Source: an uncultured Bacilli bacterium (GTDB lineage Bacteria; Bacillota_I; Bacilli_A; RF39; UBA660). Taken from it: a DNA stretch of 64,000 nt. Of the stretch, positions 21,825 through 31,021 are shown piece by piece; position 1 is the stretch's first letter, and every line of letters begins with the position of its first letter. The stretch covers positions 35,215 to 99,214 of the forward strand of contig CAKOSE010000002.1 in the NCBI GenBank assembly GCA_934102055.1, given 5' to 3'. Both the position numbers and the translations under genes were made by a program. The notes beneath the pieces were generated by a model. That model saw only the letters and a program-made list of their open reading frames with translations, searched no databases and had not been told where the DNA came from.

Positions 21825-22440
21825 ACAAACATTTCAAGGAAAAACACTAGAAGAAGCAATAATAAATGCAACCGAAGGTTTAAATGCCAAAGAAGATGAA
21901 CTAGTAATAGTAGAAAAAGAAGTGAAAAAATCTCTATTTAGTAAAAAAGTAGAAGTAGAAGCAATAACAAAAGAAGAACTAAACAAAGAAATAAAAAATT
22001 ATATCCAAAAACTAGTAAAAAACATGGGAATAAATGCAGTAATAGAAACAAAAACAAGAGAAGAAAGCCCAATATTTAATGTAGTAGCACCAGAGGCAGC
22101 AATACTAATAGGAAAAAGCGGCAGAACAATCGAAGCATTACAAAACATCACAAGACAAATGGTAAACACAGAACTAAATACAAATTATAAATTTATAATA
22201 GATGTAAACGATTACAAATCAAAAAGAAGATCGAGAATAGAAAAAACAGCAAAATATACAGCAAAAGAAGTAGCAAGAACAAAAGTAGAAGCAGCTCTAG
22301 AACCAATGAATTCATATGAAAGAAGAATAGTTCACAATATATTAAATAAATCAAAAGACGTAATAACAGAATCAAAAGGTGTTGAGCCAAATAGATATGT
22401 GACTATAAAACCTAAAGAAGAAAATAAATCTCAGAAATAA
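21817..22440 (+). CDS. jag: Jag/KhpB RNA-binding protein (Jag-N, KH, R3H)
   Basis: 207 aa with R3H motif SYERRIVHNIL. Conserved yidC-jag order. Confidence 0.9.
   Translation: MNKQTFQGKTLEEAIINATEGLNAKEDELVIVEKEVKKSLFSKKVEVEAITKEELNKEIKNYIQKLVKNMGINAVIETKTREESPIFNVVAPEAAILIGKSGRTIEALQNITRQMVNTELNTNYKFIIDVNDYKSKRRSRIEKTAKYTAKEVARTKVEAALEPMNSYERRIVHNILNKSKDVITESKGVEPNRYVTIKPKEENKSQK
22353..22424 (+). repeat. direct repeat, left copy (authentic jag 3' end)
   Basis: 72 nt matching 24581-24652 with 2 mismatches, both at synonymous third positions. Confidence 0.85.
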
Positions 22441-22484
22441 AAAAATGAAAAAATATAATACTTAGTTTAGTTATATTTATAGTT

Positions 22485-22512
22485 CTCCACTTTTTAGTGG
22501 AGTTTTTTTTTT
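22485..22512 (+). terminator. intrinsic terminator after jag
   Basis: CTCCAC, loop TTTTTA, GTGGAG, then T10. Confidence 0.8.
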
Positions 22513-22948
22513 ATAAATCTTTACAATTAAGTGGTTTTTTCACCAGTAGTAATTATGGCAGCAGCAATAATTGTTACAGGTGTCATAGCTATATTTGTTT
22601 TATATCCAAAAAAAGATGTATCAGTGGCTTTATATTCAACTTTTCCATCTTTTAATCTTTTACAATGAAAAATCTATCATAACATTTAATTGTTTCCAAA
22701 AATTATCTAGTTTAGTTTAATATATTATATAGTTCTATATGTTTGCTAAAATTTAGTTCCAGTTGACTTGATCTTTTTAACATATTTATCATCATAATTC
22801 TTACATATATATTATCAAAATAAAAAAAACTCCTGAAATTTACAATAATTTTTGTATGCTTTTTCAACAGTCTCATTATTCATTATTTAATTTTTTCGTT
22901 TTAAATATTCTTCATATGTTTGTAATAAATTTTAGTTTTCCTCTATAC

Positions 22949-23563
22949 TCATTTATCTTCTCTTTCATATAAATTTTTTCTTAATTTCTTCACTTCTTCT
23001 TGTTCACTATAAAAAAGATCATCCGATTGAGAGTATTGAGTTGGATCGGCTTGTAATATAAATGAAGGTTCAGTAATTATTGCAGATTTAAAAATACTAT
23101 ATAAAACTAAAACATCTGTTGTAAATTTATTATCATCAATAAACTTCTTATATAAAGATATATTGTAAAAATTTACCTCATTATTAATTTCATTATATTT
23201 TTCTTCAAAATCTTGAAAAGTATCAAACACACCTTTATAGAAATAAAAAATCAAATCTTTACAAGTTGCTAATAAATTGAAAAAGTCATTGACATTTTTA
23301 GAAATTATTCCACAAGCACCATCGCTACTTATATATCCAACAAGTTTATTATTTAGTAAACAATAAACCCCACCATCTCCACTTTCTCCAAAAGGATAAA
23401 TTTCATAATTACTTTCTTCATCACAAATTAAAATATCATTCTTTACATCAATATTATCTTCAAATCTGAAGTCACAATCTTCCCAAAGTGCTTTTTCTAA
23501 TAATGTATTTGATTTAATTTGTTCTTTATATAAATTTAATAATTCTGTATTATTCATTTTCAT
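22949..23563 (-). CDS. hypothetical protein, possibly SUKH/SMI1-KNR4-type immunity protein
   Basis: 204 aa intact ORF. PFGESGDGGVYCLL..VGYIS resembles the SUKH-family core pattern. Assignment is pattern-level only. Confidence 0.35.
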   Translation of the reverse strand: MKMNNTELLNLYKEQIKSNTLLEKALWEDCDFRFEDNIDVKNDILICDEESNYEIYPFGESGDGGVYCLLNNKLVGYISSDGACGIISKNVNDFFNLLATCKDLIFYFYKGVFDTFQDFEEKYNEINNEVNFYNISLYKKFIDDNKFTTDVLVLYSIFKSAIITEPSFILQADPTQYSQSDDLFYSEQEEVKKLRKNLYEREDK

Positions 23564-23699
23564 TTTTTTCCTTTCACATCTTACTTTAATGAATCAAATA
23601 TATAACTCTATCATCTTCATTATATCACACAATACATATTTTTAGATAATTTTATGATAATTGTTTAAAAATAATAAGCTTAAACGATACTTGGAATTA

Positions 23700-24059
23700 T
23701 TTCAAATATCATTTTTTCTATACTAATTTTATAATATATTATACGATAATTTTCTATTACAATAGGTCCATCGCCATAGGTTTTAGATACTTTTGTATAG
23801 GCAATTGCATTAACTGTTTTCCATTATATTTGCTTTTTTAATTCGTTTTGACTATCTTTAACTGACAATACATAATGACATTTTTATTCACTATTTCTTC
23901 TATTGTAATTGTTGATCCTTCTATTTCTAACAAATCAAGCAAATCTGATATTGCTGTTATTTCGTTTAATTTATCATCATCTTTCGCTTGTCCACTCAAT
24001 AAATATTTCCATAAATTTTTTTGAACCAATAGCCACAAAGGCATCAGAAAGACAATCAT
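23700..24059 (-). pseudogene. ISAs1-family (H-repeat) transposase remnant
   Basis: DKLNEITAISDLLDLLEIEGSTITIEE resembles the ISAs1 SNEITAIPxLLxLLxLxGxIVTIDA block. Downstream frames are broken. Confidence 0.45.
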
Positions 24060-24158
24060 GGAATCATGATAAAATATTTACAAATTATTAGTCTTGATTT
24101 ATAATTTCATTAGAGAACATGTTATTACAATGATTGTTGCCCAAGATGAGGAAAAGAA

Positions 24159-24572
24159 ATGAAAAATATTAATAATTATGCTGCAGAAAAATATGCTGAA
24201 CCTAATGATTTAAAATATAATTAAGGAAACACAAATAAATATAAAAAAATTGCCGAGGGTATTTATAGTTTCTTTGATGAATGGGAATGCCAAGATTTTT
24301 ATGTAACTTCACTTAAATTTGAACAGGAACCAGATTTGGGTGAAGGTAGCTCTCCAAAAAATATTTCTCAATACCCACTTGAAGATATTTTAGATAAATT
24401 CAATGTATCAATTTCTGATTCATATGATGAGTTAAATGAAAAAAGCGATATTACATGTTATCAAGAATTTTGCTCTTACAATCAAAAAGACATAGAAAAT
24501 TTGAGAGAAATAATTGGTAAACATGTCTATAATAAAACTGATGGTAAAAATTCTAAATTAATAATTGAATAA
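24159..24572 (+). pseudogene. hypothetical gene interrupted by in-frame TAA (24222-24224)
   Basis: ATG 24159 is in the same frame as the track ORF 24336-24572. The only block is codon 22, a TAA. Confidence 0.55.
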
Positions 24573-24580
24573 AAAAATTT

Positions 24581-24652
24581 AAAAGACGTAATAACAGAAT
24601 CAAAAGGTGTTGAACCAAATAGATATGTAACTATAAAACCTAAAGAAGAAAA
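24581..24652 (+). repeat. direct repeat, right copy (displaced jag 3' end, still encodes KDVITESKGVEPNRYVTIKPKEEN-stop)
   Basis: See 22353-22424. Confidence 0.85.
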
Positions 24653-24732
24653 CTAATCTTCTTTTTTCTTGCTCAAAAATAAAAACAATGATACTATATA
24701 ACTATAATAAAATAGTCAAAAGAGGTGAAAAC

Positions 24733-25680
24733 ATGAATGATATCGAAAAATACACCAATCCTTACACAAAAGACAAGTCATACATAATAAATCCACAACA
24801 AGAACCATTTCATAACAACAAAAACAAAGAACAATTAAAAGAAATATTAAGAAACACCATAAAAAAACTACAAAACCAAACAATAACTCAACAAGATAAA
24901 GAAAGCACAAAAAAAATAAAACAAGAAATAAATAATTCCATAAATCAGATCAAAATACTCTCAACCATAGTGAAAGAAAGCAGAGAAATAGATAACGAAG
25001 ATTATAATTCCATATTAAAAATGATAGAAAACTATTATTCACAATATCTTGTCTTAACAAAAACACTAAAACCACCAAAACAACAAGTAAAAAGTATAAA
25101 AAACCTTCAAATAACTAAATCAGATAATGATGTAAAAAACATATTAATATTTCTTAAAGATAAAAAAACATCAACTTTTTGCATAGAAAAAGATCTAGAA
25201 GGAAATGGAAAAAAAGATCTTCAAACAACATTTGAAAAAGCATTAAAATCAAACATAAAACTCCTCACAACAGATGCATTCGAAGATATAAGAAGTACAC
25301 GAAAAATAAAAAAAATCAAAAACAACTCCTTACCAAATAACAGAGATGAAAACTATCCCTGGGAAGTAAGAAGAAGAGACTCAACAAGAATGTCAATAAT
25401 GTTTTTAAGAACATGTCCAGAAAACTTAGAAAAGTTAAAGAAATTTTATAACCTACCTCATCTAGAAAGTGTAATTCTTATCGGAGGAATAATAAAAGTA
25501 GGAGATGAATATAACAAATTAGCACCATTAACAAAACAAATCGAAGACAACAGAGACTATATAAATTACTTAAATGAATTATTTAGCAATCCAACAACAG
25601 ATATCAGTATTTTAAACAAAATAATATCAGAAACAGAAACAATATACGAAACATTAAATTACTCACCTAAACAAAAATAA
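24733..25680 (+). CDS. hypothetical K/N-rich protein, weak RelE/HigB-like pattern at the C-terminus
   Basis: ATG 24733 follows AGAGGTGA; the track start is 24688. KIKKIKNN..PWEVRRRDSTRMSIMFLR..SVILIGGIIK loosely resembles Gp49/HigB KLKG..LWEIRVR.GSNIYRVF..VVLLNGFQKK. Confidence 0.55.
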   Translation: MNDIEKYTNPYTKDKSYIINPQQEPFHNNKNKEQLKEILRNTIKKLQNQTITQQDKESTKKIKQEINNSINQIKILSTIVKESREIDNEDYNSILKMIENYYSQYLVLTKTLKPPKQQVKSIKNLQITKSDNDVKNILIFLKDKKTSTFCIEKDLEGNGKKDLQTTFEKALKSNIKLLTTDAFEDIRSTRKIKKIKNNSLPNNRDENYPWEVRRRDSTRMSIMFLRTCPENLEKLKKFYNLPHLESVILIGGIIKVGDEYNKLAPLTKQIEDNRDYINYLNELFSNPTTDISILNKIISETETIYETLNYSPKQK

Positions 25681-25700
25681 TATCAAACAAGGAGATTACA

Positions 25701-26315
25701 ATGATTTATTATCAGCACTGATCTATAATAAAAATGATTATTATGATTTTACTATCGATTTAAATATATCAAACCAACAAGATATAAAATTTAAAAAAAA
25801 GTACAGACTATCTAACTTTTGAAAATGTAAAAATAAGAAATGACTTTAAAAAATATCAATTTACTCGTATTTATGAAGACGAAGGAATCAAAGAAATAAA
25901 CTATGGTGAGGATAATGATAACTATTGCTTTTCAATTGAAATAGTAGACAATAAAATAAATTCATATAAAGCTTTCAAAAATTTCTTTAAAGAAAACAAT
26001 ATAAACTCAGACATTAGTTATATCAATTATCTAAAAAACTACAATTACAAACAAACAAGTATTTTGTAAAGTTATGAAACACTAAGAAACAATGCCGTAG
26101 CATATTATGGAGCAGAAACATATTTTAATACATTAGGAAATGATATCACTTTAATAAAAGGTGATTATGATGGACTTGTGGTAGAACAAAAAATTTCTAA
26201 CTACGTTGTTTACTTATATAAAGACAACAAAACATATAGATTTACATTTTGGAAAGATTTAAACTTTAATAAAGCTGATATTGTTGACTTAATTAGCACA
26301 GTTATAATAGAATAA
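25701..26315 (+). pseudogene. decayed gene with two frameshifts and an in-frame TAA
   Basis: An AAGGAG RBS and ATG 25701 run into a stop after 6 codons. The open frame resumes out of phase, shifts again at the A8 run (about 25793), and has a TAA at 26067-26069. The tail reads ...YRFTFWKDLNFNKADIVDLISTVIIE-stop. Confidence 0.6.
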
Positions 26316-26341
26316 CTTATAAATACAAAAAGGAGGAAAAC

Positions 26342-27685
26342 ATGAACGATACAATAACAGCAATTTCAACTACCTTAGGACTTGGAGCAATATCAATCAT
26401 AAGAGTAAGTGGAAAAGATGCAATAGAAAAAGTAAATAATATCACAAACATAAACCTAACAGAAAAACAAACTCATACAGTAAATTATGGATATATCAAA
26501 GAAAATGAAAACATAATAGATGAAGTCTTAATTACAATAATGAAAGCCCCAAAAACATTTACAACCGAAGACATAGTAGAAATAAACTGCCACGGAGGTG
26601 TAGCAACCACAAAAAAAGTATTAGAACTATTATTAAAACAAGGATTACGATTAGCAGAACCTGGAGAATTTACAAAAAGAGCTTTTCTAAATGGAAGAAT
26701 AGACTTAACAAAATCACAAGCAGTAAACGATCTAATAAATGCAAAAACAGACAAAGCAAGGCAAATAGTAATAAACAACCTAACAGGAACCACAACAAAC
26801 AAAATCAAGAAACTAAGAGAAAAACTAATAAACATCATCAGTAATATAGAAGTAAATATAGATTATCCAGAATACCAAGACATAGAAGAAATGACAACAA
26901 CAAAAATAAATAAAGAAATAACTACAATCGAACAAGAACTAGAACAAATAATAGAAAACTCAAAAAACAGTAAACTAATAACAAACGGAATAAACATAGC
27001 AATAGTAGGAAGACCAAACGTAGGAAAAAGTAGTATTTTAAATAAACTAATCAACGAAGAAAAAGCAATAGTAACAAATATTCCAGGAACAACCAGAGAC
27101 ATAGTCGAAGCCAGCCTAACCCTTGAAGGAATACCACTTAACCTAATAGATACCGCAGGAATTAGAGAAACAAACGATATAGTAGAACAACTTGGAGTAA
27201 AAAAATCAAAAAAAGCACTAGAAAACTCAGATCTAGTACTGCTAGTCTTAAATAACAATGAAAAACTAACACACGAAGACAAACAACTTCTAGAAGAAAC
27301 AAAAAATAAACAAAGAATAATCGTGATAAATAAAACAGATCTAAAAACAAATATAGATCTAAAAGAAACAAACATAGTGAAAACAAACACTCAAGAAGAA
27401 CAAGGTCTAGAACCATTAAAAGAAAAAATAAAAGAACTATTCAAACTAGATAAAATAAAAACAAATGACTTTTACTACGTCTCAACAATAGAACAATTAC
27501 AAAAAATAGAAAACTGTAAACAAAACATAACAAGTATAAAAGAAGGTCTAAAAAACAATCAACCAGTAGATATAATAGAAATAGATCTAAAAATAATATG
27601 GCAAACTCTAGGAGAAGTAATCGGAGAAACATATACTGAAGAATTACTAGATAACCTATTTAAAAACTTCTGTGTTGGAAAATAA
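26342..27685 (+). CDS. mnmE: tRNA modification GTPase MnmE
   Basis: 447 aa. G-domain GRPNVGKSS and DTAG, with the C-terminal CVGK. Confidence 0.96.
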   Translation: MNDTITAISTTLGLGAISIIRVSGKDAIEKVNNITNINLTEKQTHTVNYGYIKENENIIDEVLITIMKAPKTFTTEDIVEINCHGGVATTKKVLELLLKQGLRLAEPGEFTKRAFLNGRIDLTKSQAVNDLINAKTDKARQIVINNLTGTTTNKIKKLREKLINIISNIEVNIDYPEYQDIEEMTTTKINKEITTIEQELEQIIENSKNSKLITNGINIAIVGRPNVGKSSILNKLINEEKAIVTNIPGTTRDIVEASLTLEGIPLNLIDTAGIRETNDIVEQLGVKKSKKALENSDLVLLVLNNNEKLTHEDKQLLEETKNKQRIIVINKTDLKTNIDLKETNIVKTNTQEEQGLEPLKEKIKELFKLDKIKTNDFYYVSTIEQLQKIENCKQNITSIKEGLKNNQPVDIIEIDLKIIWQTLGEVIGETYTEELLDNLFKNFCVGK

Positions 27686-27687
27686 TT

Positions 27688-27723
27688 AAAGGAAAGTATA
27701 AATTTAAAACTATACTTTCCTTT
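27688..27723. terminator. bidirectional terminator between mnmE and the XRE gene
   Basis: AAAGGAAAGTATA, a 10-nt loop, then TATACTTTCCTTT. The right arm encodes the XRE C-terminus. Confidence 0.7.
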
Positions 27724-28150
27724 TTCTTCCTAAAACTCTATCAATAGAGATATCCTTATAAAACAATGATATACTATACAAAAAACTAGTAGGAATCAAA
27801 TACCTAGCATTTTCATAGTGAGCATAAGCAGAAGAACTAGTATTAAGAAATTTAGCAATATCTTGCTGAGTAAATCCCCTGCTTTTGCGAATAAGTTTAA
27901 GATTATTAGCAATAACATGAAGATCAACTACAAGTGGAAAATAATATTCATTAGTAGTTGATAACCCAAATAAATAATCTAAACTAAATCCAAAATAATT
28001 AGCATATTTAATAAGTTGCCTTAAAGGAATAGTATCCTTACCTGTTTCCCATCCTGAAATAGTAGAATAAGTAACATTAAATAAATTAATCAAATCTTTC
28101 TGTTTTAAGTTCAACATCTCTCTAGAAGATCTAAAGTTTTGAACAATCAT
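27710..28150 (-). CDS. XRE-family regulator with two tandem HTH domains
   Basis: 146 aa. Two Cro/C1 HTH units: LKQKDLINLFNVTYSTISGWETGK and FTQQDIAKFLNTSSSAYAHYENAR. Confidence 0.85.
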   Translation of the reverse strand: MIVQNFRSSREMLNLKQKDLINLFNVTYSTISGWETGKDTIPLRQLIKYANYFGFSLDYLFGLSTTNEYYFPLVVDLHVIANNLKLIRKSRGFTQQDIAKFLNTSSSAYAHYENARYLIPTSFLYSISLFYKDISIDRVLGRKRKV

Positions 28151-28223
28151 AGTAGAATCACCAAAATAATTGTCACATTAAATTGTAAAATATTGTTTAT
28201 TCTCGGGGAAATAGACCGAATTG

Positions 28224-28232
28224 TGATATAAT
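28224..28232 (+). promoter_or_regulatory. extended -10 element (TGATATAAT) for the 28346 operon
   Basis: Read directly in the divergent XRE intergenic region. Confidence 0.45.
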
Positions 28233-28345
28233 GATATTAAAGTAAGGAGGTATGTAAATATCAATGTGAAAAATTCAAAAGAACAATTAGAAAAAAAGGA
28301 TACTAAAATCCAACAAAAAGATAGTTATAAAAAGGAGGTAGTATA

Positions 28346-30148
28346 ATGAATAATAACAAAGAGTTATTTTCCAAATTAGATCAAGAAATATCAGATACTG
28401 ATTTATATTTTCTTTCAGGTGATTTTACAAGTGCAGTTAATGCATTTTCCTATTTAAAAAATAGTTATAACTTGACAGAACAAGAACTAATATCATATAT
28501 TGAGGAAAAGAGGAAAGAACTTGGAATTGATGAAAAACAAAGAAATAATAAAGAAAATTTTACTACTGAAATAAATCCCAACTATGAAGGGATAAGTAAA
28601 ATTAACCTTTCCTCTGCTCCTATGCGAAATAACCCTAAACGTGATGACAGAGCAGTACATCTAACTGATAAAAATGGTAATAGTATGAAAACAAGTAGGT
28701 TAATGATGGGTTACAATAAACAAAACATAGAACTAGAAAATGGCGATTATCTTAATATAGATGAATTTATGAATGCCTTAAAACAATATTTATCAGAACA
28801 ATCAGAAAATACTAACATAGTTGCAAAAAAAACCGGAAAAGTAGTATCCATAGAGGATTTTGAAAAACAAATAAGAACAGAATTAAAAGCCACTTCTACA
28901 TTAATTATAGGAAAAGGATCCAAGAAAATAAAACACACAAAAAATGTAGGTATATCAATAAAAGATAAAAAAATAACCGAAGTTATCAAAAAAGGTATAT
29001 TGTTTTTGAAAAAGGATGGTTTAGAGTTAGAACATGGAAACTATATCTATATAGGAGAAATAAAGGCAGCTCTCGACAAATATATGATGCAACAAGTACA
29101 ACCAGCTCCTTCTATAGACCCATCAAGTGCAGCAAAACAAACCCCACCAACTCCATCTCCAAACCCAGTTATTTCATCTCCAAACCCAGTTATTTCATCT
29201 CCAAACCCAATTATTTCATCTCCAAAACCAGAGGAACAACCAAGACATCCAGAAAATAAACCAGAAACTGCTAAAAGAAAAAACAAAGCCAAAAAAATAA
29301 TAATAGCAACTATAACAGGAATAACTATACTAGCATTAAGTGTTGGAATAAATCTTGACAAACTAACACACAAACAGATAAACGATTATTGGAAAGTAAC
29401 AGGGCAAACAAAAATATCTATGGAAATAGATGAACAAGACCAACAAACTATAGATAAGATATTAGAAAAAGAATTAGGAGACAATATAAATGTAAAATCT
29501 GGAGTAAACTATTACGAGTCAAGTGATTATAAATATGGAGGAGCCAATTCTCAAGAATCATTCGGAAACCCTGAAAGACCAGCCGGAACCTATAAACTAA
29601 GTTCTATTTCAATAATTGATCCGGACAAAGGAGAAATAGAAGGAGTAAGTTATACTGAAAATACCAATTTATATAATTTTACAAAACAAGTGTGTGAAGA
29701 AAAAAACCTGTCTTTAAACGACGTAGAAGTAATGTTACACATTGATGGCCCAGTCAGTGGTTGGATAAATGCCAAAGATTTATCATCAGCAAAATCCGAT
29801 TCTTTAGTAGAAATAAATCATCAAGACGAATATCATATACACGAAAAAAATATGGGAGCAAAGTTAACAACAGAATTTAAAACAGCAAAAGGAGAAATGG
29901 TTACTATCAAAGTAAAAGATGAAAATGGAAATAACTATCAAGCAGGAACAGAAGTTAAAGGATCAGATGGAAAAATATACACAATAGAATATGAAAATGA
30001 AACTGAAAATCTTGTTATAAAACCAAAACTATTTGAACAACTTCACATCCCAGCAATAAAACTTGGTCCACAACTAACCAAATTATCAGAAGAATTAAAA
30101 CTATTTAAAGAACAAAACTGGCAAGAAGAACAACAAAAACAAAGATAA
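28346..30148 (+). CDS. bitopic membrane protein, unknown function (cytoplasmic N-domain, Pro-rich linker, 1 TM, extracellular C-domain)
   Basis: 600 aa with a strong AAGGAGG RBS. TM segment is KKIIIATITGITILALSVGINL. Internal duplicated motif IELENGDYLNIDEFMNALKQYL / LELEHGNYIYIGEIKAALDKYM. PNPVISS repeats. Confidence 0.8.
   Translation: MNNNKELFSKLDQEISDTDLYFLSGDFTSAVNAFSYLKNSYNLTEQELISYIEEKRKELGIDEKQRNNKENFTTEINPNYEGISKINLSSAPMRNNPKRDDRAVHLTDKNGNSMKTSRLMMGYNKQNIELENGDYLNIDEFMNALKQYLSEQSENTNIVAKKTGKVVSIEDFEKQIRTELKATSTLIIGKGSKKIKHTKNVGISIKDKKITEVIKKGILFLKKDGLELEHGNYIYIGEIKAALDKYMMQQVQPAPSIDPSSAAKQTPPTPSPNPVISSPNPVISSPNPIISSPKPEEQPRHPENKPETAKRKNKAKKIIIATITGITILALSVGINLDKLTHKQINDYWKVTGQTKISMEIDEQDQQTIDKILEKELGDNINVKSGVNYYESSDYKYGGANSQESFGNPERPAGTYKLSSISIIDPDKGEIEGVSYTENTNLYNFTKQVCEEKNLSLNDVEVMLHIDGPVSGWINAKDLSSAKSDSLVEINHQDEYHIHEKNMGAKLTTEFKTAKGEMVTIKVKDENGNNYQAGTEVKGSDGKIYTIEYENETENLVIKPKLFEQLHIPAIKLGPQLTKLSEELKLFKEQNWQEEQQKQR
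29159..29221 (+). repeat. 21-bp tandem repeat, 3 units (encodes PNPVISS x3)
   Basis: CCAAACCCAGTTATTTCATCT twice, then CCAAACCCAATTATTTCATCT. Confidence 0.9.
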
Positions 30149-30164
30149 TAAAGGAGGAAAAAAC

Positions 30165-30404
30165 ATGAACATACAAATAGGAGAAATAATCGAATTAGAA
30201 GGCGGGAAAGAATTTATATGCTTTTCCAAAGCAGAAAAAAATGGAGATACCTACATATATTTAATGAGTAACTTCAAACCATTAGAAATAAAATTTGCAA
30301 GACTTTTAAACACAACTCCAGATGAACTAAAAATCGAAATAATAAATAATCAAGAAGAAAAAGAACAAGTTCTAGAATTATTTAAAAACATGCACCAAAT
30401 ATAA
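30165..30404 (+). CDS. small hypothetical protein
   Basis: 79 aa. AAGGAGG RBS. Starts 16 nt after the preceding gene. Confidence 0.6.
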   Translation: MNIQIGEIIELEGGKEFICFSKAEKNGDTYIYLMSNFKPLEIKFARLLNTTPDELKIEIINNQEEKEQVLELFKNMHQI

Positions 30405-30445
30405 AAAGTTACATCATTAAAAATATTGCAATGTAATAAACAAAT

Positions 30446-30480
30446 AAAACTAACAATCACTTAAAAATTGTTAGTTTTTT
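30446..30480. terminator. bidirectional terminator between the 30165 ORF and the AraC gene
   Basis: AAAACTAACAAT, loop, then ATTGTTAGTTTT. Confidence 0.65.
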
Positions 30481-30927
30481 CATTACAAATTTATCAGGTT
30501 TAGCCCTATTCAAATAATTTTCCTTCCTAAGAACAAAATCCCTAAGAATATAAACATTATTAGAAATAATCTCCTCTTCCTTAACAGAAACTAATTCTCT
30601 ACTAATAAAAAAATTTCTATAAACAGAAGGAGAAACCCCAACAACCTTCTTAAACACCTCAGAAAAATACTCCAAAGAATAAAAACCATTATCAAGACCA
30701 ATTTTAAGCAAAGAAAAATTATTATTTCTAACCTCTTCCAAACTATTATATATTCTAATATTATTAACATAACTAGTAATAGAAACACCCATCTCATGCT
30801 TAAAAAGTTTCATAATATAATATCTATTATAAAAAAATTCCCTTTCAATATCACTAATACTAATCTTTCTATCAATGTTTTTATCAATAAAACAAATAAT
30901 ATTACAAACAAGTTTATTAGAAAACAT
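30457..30927 (-). CDS. AraC-family HTH regulator (DNA-binding domain only)
   Basis: 156 aa. GFYSLEYFSEVFKKVVGVSPSVYR is the typical second AraC HTH. Confidence 0.85.
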   Translation of the reverse strand: MFSNKLVCNIICFIDKNIDRKISISDIEREFFYNRYYIMKLFKHEMGVSITSYVNNIRIYNSLEEVRNNNFSLLKIGLDNGFYSLEYFSEVFKKVVGVSPSVYRNFFISRELVSVKEEEIISNNVYILRDFVLRKENYLNRAKPDKFVMKKLTIFK

Positions 30928-31021
30928 TTAATCACCAAAACAATTATATCACAAAACACCACAATTGTTTAAATAAATCCAATAAAACCCAGTATAATAA
31001 AACATGAAAGGAGCAAAAAAC

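Larger units (their letters stand above)
22425..24580. mobile_element. decayed about 2.2 kb insertion in the jag 3' end (no intact integrase or transposase)
   Basis: Bounded by the duplicated jag 3' end. Contents are one intact ORF, an ISAs1-like transposase remnant and nonsense-disrupted ORFs. Several genes lie on the lagging strand. Confidence 0.55.

Noticed and set aside
22554-22677. 37-codon ORF (MAAAIIVTGVIAIFVLYPKKDVS...) after the jag terminator
   Set aside because: It is too short, has no RBS, and is probably a fragment of a lost membrane-protein gene inside the decayed island.
28244-28349. Strong AAGGAGG followed by ATG-TAA (28252-28257), ATG-TGA (28264-28269), and a 27-codon GTG ORF ending in TAATG at the 28346 start. 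Possible start-stop or leader-peptide control
   Set aside because: SD-to-start spacings are 1, 13 and 15 nt, none optimal. There is no conservation evidence and no terminator/antiterminator structure. Kept only as a note.
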